Shown here piece after piece: positions 26,757 through 29,852 of a stretch of DNA of 29,852 nucleotides (positions are counted from its first letter, which is position 1; each line of letters begins with the position of its first letter). Source of the DNA: a virus (Duplodnaviria; Caudoviricetes); the IMG/VR virus record IMGVR_UViG_3300036783_000352, positions 1 to 29,852 of that record; one strand, written 5' to 3'. The notes beneath the pieces are model-generated. The model saw only the letters and a list, made by a program, of their open reading frames with translations, searched no databases and was not told the origin of the DNA. The translations under genes were made by a program, and so were the position numbers.

Positions 26757-27913
26757 TGCTGACGGGAATGACGATCGACGCGGGTGCCAGCATGGCCCCG
26801 GCGTTTATGCTGACGCTGAACAGCCAGGATATTACGCGCAACATCAGCGACCGGCTGATTAGTCTCAGCCTGGCGGATAACCGGGGCTTTGAAGCCGACC
26901 AGCTCGATATTGAGCTCGACGACACCGACGGACTGGTAGAGCTACCGACACGCGGCGCAGTGCTATCGCTTTTCCTCGGCTGGCAGGGGGCGGCGCTCAT
27001 CGGGAAAGGGCAGTTTACGGTTGATGAAATCGAGCACCGGGGCGCGCCGGATACGCTGACCATCCGGGCGCGCAGCGCGGATTTTCGCGGTACGTTAAAT
27101 TCCCGGCGTGAAACTTCATACCACGACACCACGCTCGGCGCGTTGCTGGAAACTATCGCCGGTCGTAACAAGCTGACGGCCAGCGTTGCGCCGCAGTTTG
27201 CCGGGATTCCTGTGCCGCATATTGACCAGTCGCAGGAGTCCGACGCGAAGTTTCTCACCCGACTTGCCGAGCGCAACGGGGCGGAGGTGTCGGTAAAAAT
27301 GGGCAAACTGCTTTTTTTGAAGGCCGGGAACGGCGTCACGGCCAGCGGCAAGCCCATTCCGCAGATGACTATCCAGCGCAGGGACGGCGACCGACATCAG
27401 TTTGCGATTGCCGATCGGGGCGCTTACACCGGCGTTACGGTGAAGTGGCTGCACACTAAAGACCCCAAAGAGCAAAAGCAGAAGGTGAAGCTTAAGCGGA
27501 AACCTAAGCCGCAGCACCTGCGCGCACTCCAGCACCCGAAAGCGCAGCCGGTAAAAGCCCGGCCAGAGACGAAGGAAAAAGAAGCCCGCGAGGGGGAGTA
27601 TATGGTCGGGGAGGACGATAACGTCTTTGCGCTGACGACCATTTACTCAAGCAAGGCGCAGGCCATTCGTGCCGCCCAGGCGAAGTGGGACAAGCTGCAA
27701 CGCGGTGTGGCGGAGTTTTCAATCAGCCTGGCAATGGGACGTGCGGATTTATATCCGGAAATGCCGGTCGCCGTCTCGGGCTTTAAGCGCGTGATAGACG
27801 AGCAGTCATGGACGATTACTAAGGTGTCCCACTCGCTCAGTAATAGCGGCTTCACGACGTCCTTAGAGCTTGAGGTGAGGCTTAATGACGTTGAGTATCA
27901 GGAGAGTGAATAA
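26756..27913 (+). CDS. D: Baseplate hub protein D
   Basis: DNRGFEADQLDIELDD, HIDQSQESD, WDKLQRGVAEFS. Confidence 0.95.
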   Translation: MLTGMTIDAGASMAPAFMLTLNSQDITRNISDRLISLSLADNRGFEADQLDIELDDTDGLVELPTRGAVLSLFLGWQGAALIGKGQFTVDEIEHRGAPDTLTIRARSADFRGTLNSRRETSYHDTTLGALLETIAGRNKLTASVAPQFAGIPVPHIDQSQESDAKFLTRLAERNGAEVSVKMGKLLFLKAGNGVTASGKPIPQMTIQRRDGDRHQFAIADRGAYTGVTVKWLHTKDPKEQKQKVKLKRKPKPQHLRALQHPKAQPVKARPETKEKEAREGEYMVGEDDNVFALTTIYSSKAQAIRAAQAKWDKLQRGVAEFSISLAMGRADLYPEMPVAVSGFKRVIDEQSWTITKVSHSLSNSGFTTSLELEVRLNDVEYQESE

Positions 27914-27999
27914 TGTGCGTAAAAGTTCATAACTCATTGTTAATAAATGATTTAATGCGTAAAATAACAACATCAGACGAAGCCATCCGAGGTGTTGAA

Positions 28000-28221
28000 A
28001 TGTTCCATTGCCCACTATGTCAGACTGCGGCCCATGCCCGCACCAGCCGTTATCATACAACGGTAACAAAAGAGCGTTATCACCAGTGCCAGAACGTGAA
28101 TTGTAGTGCGACCTTTGTCACGCTGGAGACGGTGAAGCATTACATCGTTAAGCCGGGCGAAAGAACGCCCGTTATGCCGCACCCGATACCGGGCGGACAG
28201 CAGCAAATTCACTGGATGTAA
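28000..28221 (+). CDS. ogr: Late transcription activator (Ogr/Delta zinc finger), 73 aa
   Basis: GAGG RBS; MFHCPLCQTAAHARTSR...YHQCQNVNCSATF. Confidence 0.96.
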   Translation: MFHCPLCQTAAHARTSRYHTTVTKERYHQCQNVNCSATFVTLETVKHYIVKPGERTPVMPHPIPGGQQQIHWM

Positions 28222-28226
28222 ACGAG

Positions 28227-28253
28227 AAGCCCCTCAGTCGAGGGGCTTTTTTT
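28227..28253 (+). terminator. Intrinsic terminator after ogr
   Basis: AAGCCCCTC-AGTC-GAGGGGCTT plus a T run. Confidence 0.9.
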
Positions 28254-28260
28254 ATGTCGA

Positions 28261-28279
28261 TGTGGTCAATGCGTGGACA
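28261..28279 (+). other. Integrase arm-type binding sites (right arm)
   Basis: TGTGGTCA and CGTGGACA with the same 11-bp spacing as the pair at 10-28. Confidence 0.75.
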
Positions 28280-28320
28280 CTGGTAGAAATAAATCCTTTT
28301 ATTTCAATGCTATAAACACC

Positions 28321-28347
28321 AAAAAGAAAGCCCGTGCAAGGGAGATT
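28321..28347 (+). other. att core at the right prophage boundary
   Basis: AAAAAGAAAGCCCGTGCAAGGGAGATT resembles the P2 27-bp core AAAAAATAAGCCCGTGTAAGGGAGATT; second copy not in the window. Confidence 0.85.
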
Positions 28348-28406
28348 GCGCGGGCCAAGGAGGTGGTTCCTGGTACAACTAGCATTTATGGGTTATGTTT
28401 TTCAGC
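28321..28406 (-). ncRNA. cyaR: CyaR (RyeE) sRNA
   Basis: GCTGAAAAACATAACCCATAAATGCTAGTTGTACCAGGAACCACCTCCTT... plus terminator; downstream of yegQ. Confidence 0.95.
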
Positions 28407-28412
28407 CCGCGA

Positions 28413-28455
28413 ACTATAACTTGCTCAAGCCGAGCGGTGTGTGATCGAATTCTAA
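28413..28455 (-). promoter_or_regulatory. cyaR class II CRP-dependent promoter
   Basis: -10 TATAGT (28418-28413); TGTGA-N6-TCTAA at 28440-28455, centred at -41.5. Confidence 0.85.
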
Positions 28456-28490
28456 GAATTGTCCCAGCGCGAAAAAATAACCCAAATTAA

Positions 28491-29852
28491 CTAGTTAGCG
28501 TGCGGATTGCGGGTGGTCTGACCGGCTAAATTGCGCATCAGTAGCGCATAATCCAGCGACACATCCTGCGGTACAGGCAACCATACGGTGTGACCGTCGC
28601 CAGGCGCCACTTCAATCGCCTGAGCCTTAGTGTTTTCAAGCACTTCGAGCGTGAAGGTGACGTTGCCCTGCGGGGTCATTAGTTCCAGACTGTCGCCGAG
28701 CAGGAACTTGTTTTTCACCGCGACCGCCGCCAGATCGCCCCGGCGTTCACCGGTAAACTCCCCGACAAACTGCTGGCGTTCTGAGATGGAATGGCCGTAT
28801 TCGTAATTTTGATGGCTGTCGTGCGTATGGCGGCGCAGGAACCCTTCGGTGTAGCCGCGGTGCGCCAGGCCTTCCAGCGTTTGCAGCAGCGTCGGGTCAA
28901 ACGGTTTGCCCGCTGCCGCGTCGTCAATCGCCCGGCGATAAACCTGAGCGGTGCGCGCGCAGTAGTAATAGGACTTGGTGCGGCCTTCGATTTTTAAGGA
29001 GTGAACGCCCATTTTGGTCAGGCGCTCGACGTGCTCAATGGCGCGCAGATCCTTAGAGTTCATGATGTAGGTGCCATGCTCGTCCTCGAACGCCGTCATG
29101 TACTCGCCCGGACGTTTGGCCTCTTCCATCATAAAGACTTTATCGGTTGGCGCCCCTACGCCCAGCGTTGGCTCAATGTTTTGCACGGGGATCGGCTCGT
29201 GGACGTGAACGATATTGCCGACCTCATCCTCTTTGCCTTCTTCAACCTTATATTCCCAGCGGCAGGCGTTGGTGCAGGTGCCCTGATTCGGGTCGCGCTT
29301 GTTGATGTAGCCGGACAGCAGACAGCGGCCGGAGTAAGCCATGCACAGCGCGCCGTGAACGAAGATTTCCAGCTCCATTTCCGGCACCTGCTCGCGAATT
29401 TCAGCGATTTCTTCCAGGGACAGCTCGCGGGAAAGAATGGCGCGGGTCAGCCCCATTTGCTTCCAGAACTTTACGGTGGCCCAGTTCACGGCGTTGGCCT
29501 GCACGGACAGGTGAATGTCCATCTCCGGGAAGGCTTCGCGCACCAGCATGATTAAACCAGGATCGGACATAATCAGCGCGTCCGGGCCCATTTCGACCAC
29601 CGGCTTCAGATCGCGGATAAAGGTTTTCAGCTTGGCATTGTGTGGCGCGATGTTCACCACAACGTAGAATTTTTTCCCCAGCTCGTGGGCTTCGTTGATG
29701 CCGAGCTGAAGGTTCTCGTGGTTGAATTCGTTATTGCGCACGCGCAGGCTGTAGCGCGGCTGGCCCGCATAAACCGCGTCCGCGCCATAGGCAAAGGCGT
29801 AACGCATATTTTTCAGCGTTCCCGCCGGCGATAAAAGTTCTGGTTTAAACAT
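28491..29852 (-). CDS. trhP: Prephenate-dependent tRNA uridine(34) hydroxylase (U32 family), host gene
   Basis: 453 aa; MFKPELLSPAG, HGALCMAYSGRC, CTNACR, SLKIEGR; equals yegQ. Confidence 0.97.
   Translation of the reverse strand: MFKPELLSPAGTLKNMRYAFAYGADAVYAGQPRYSLRVRNNEFNHENLQLGINEAHELGKKFYVVVNIAPHNAKLKTFIRDLKPVVEMGPDALIMSDPGLIMLVREAFPEMDIHLSVQANAVNWATVKFWKQMGLTRAILSRELSLEEIAEIREQVPEMELEIFVHGALCMAYSGRCLLSGYINKRDPNQGTCTNACRWEYKVEEGKEDEVGNIVHVHEPIPVQNIEPTLGVGAPTDKVFMMEEAKRPGEYMTAFEDEHGTYIMNSKDLRAIEHVERLTKMGVHSLKIEGRTKSYYYCARTAQVYRRAIDDAAAGKPFDPTLLQTLEGLAHRGYTEGFLRRHTHDSHQNYEYGHSISERQQFVGEFTGERRGDLAAVAVKNKFLLGDSLELMTPQGNVTFTLEVLENTKAQAIEVAPGDGHTVWLPVPQDVSLDYALLMRNLAGQTTRNPHAN

Larger units (their letters stand above)
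1..28347. mobile_element. P2-like prophage, apparently complete apart from the left att core, which is off-window
   Basis: Canonical P2 gene order from int to ogr, cos site, ori within A, att core in cyaR at the right end; no obvious frameshifts in core genes. Confidence 0.97.

Noticed and set aside
27913-27999. Extended ogr N-terminus
   Set aside because: The probable start is ATG 28000 with a GAGG RBS; the upstream AT-rich stretch is likely promoter

Overview
Almost the whole window (1 to ~28350) is an apparently intact P2-like (Peduovirus-type) prophage. It carries int, a C/cox switch, early genes B and A with the ori, cos, Q-P/O-N-M-L head genes, a lysis cassette, tail genes, and ogr. 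It is inserted into the 3' end of the host sRNA gene cyaR, next to trhP (yegQ); the left att core lies just outside the window. The usual P2 moron slots (S-V, G-FI) are empty. The unusual part is the leftward packaging operon, which has two extra, tightly coupled genes. One is a nuclease-less, motif-degenerate paralog of the terminase ATPase domain between P and Q. The other is a small HAD-family phosphatase after Q whose C-terminus (LTDC) is identical to that of the capsid scaffold gpO, suggesting a capsid-targeted cargo protein. All gene calls come from recalled family features and synteny; no searches were run.
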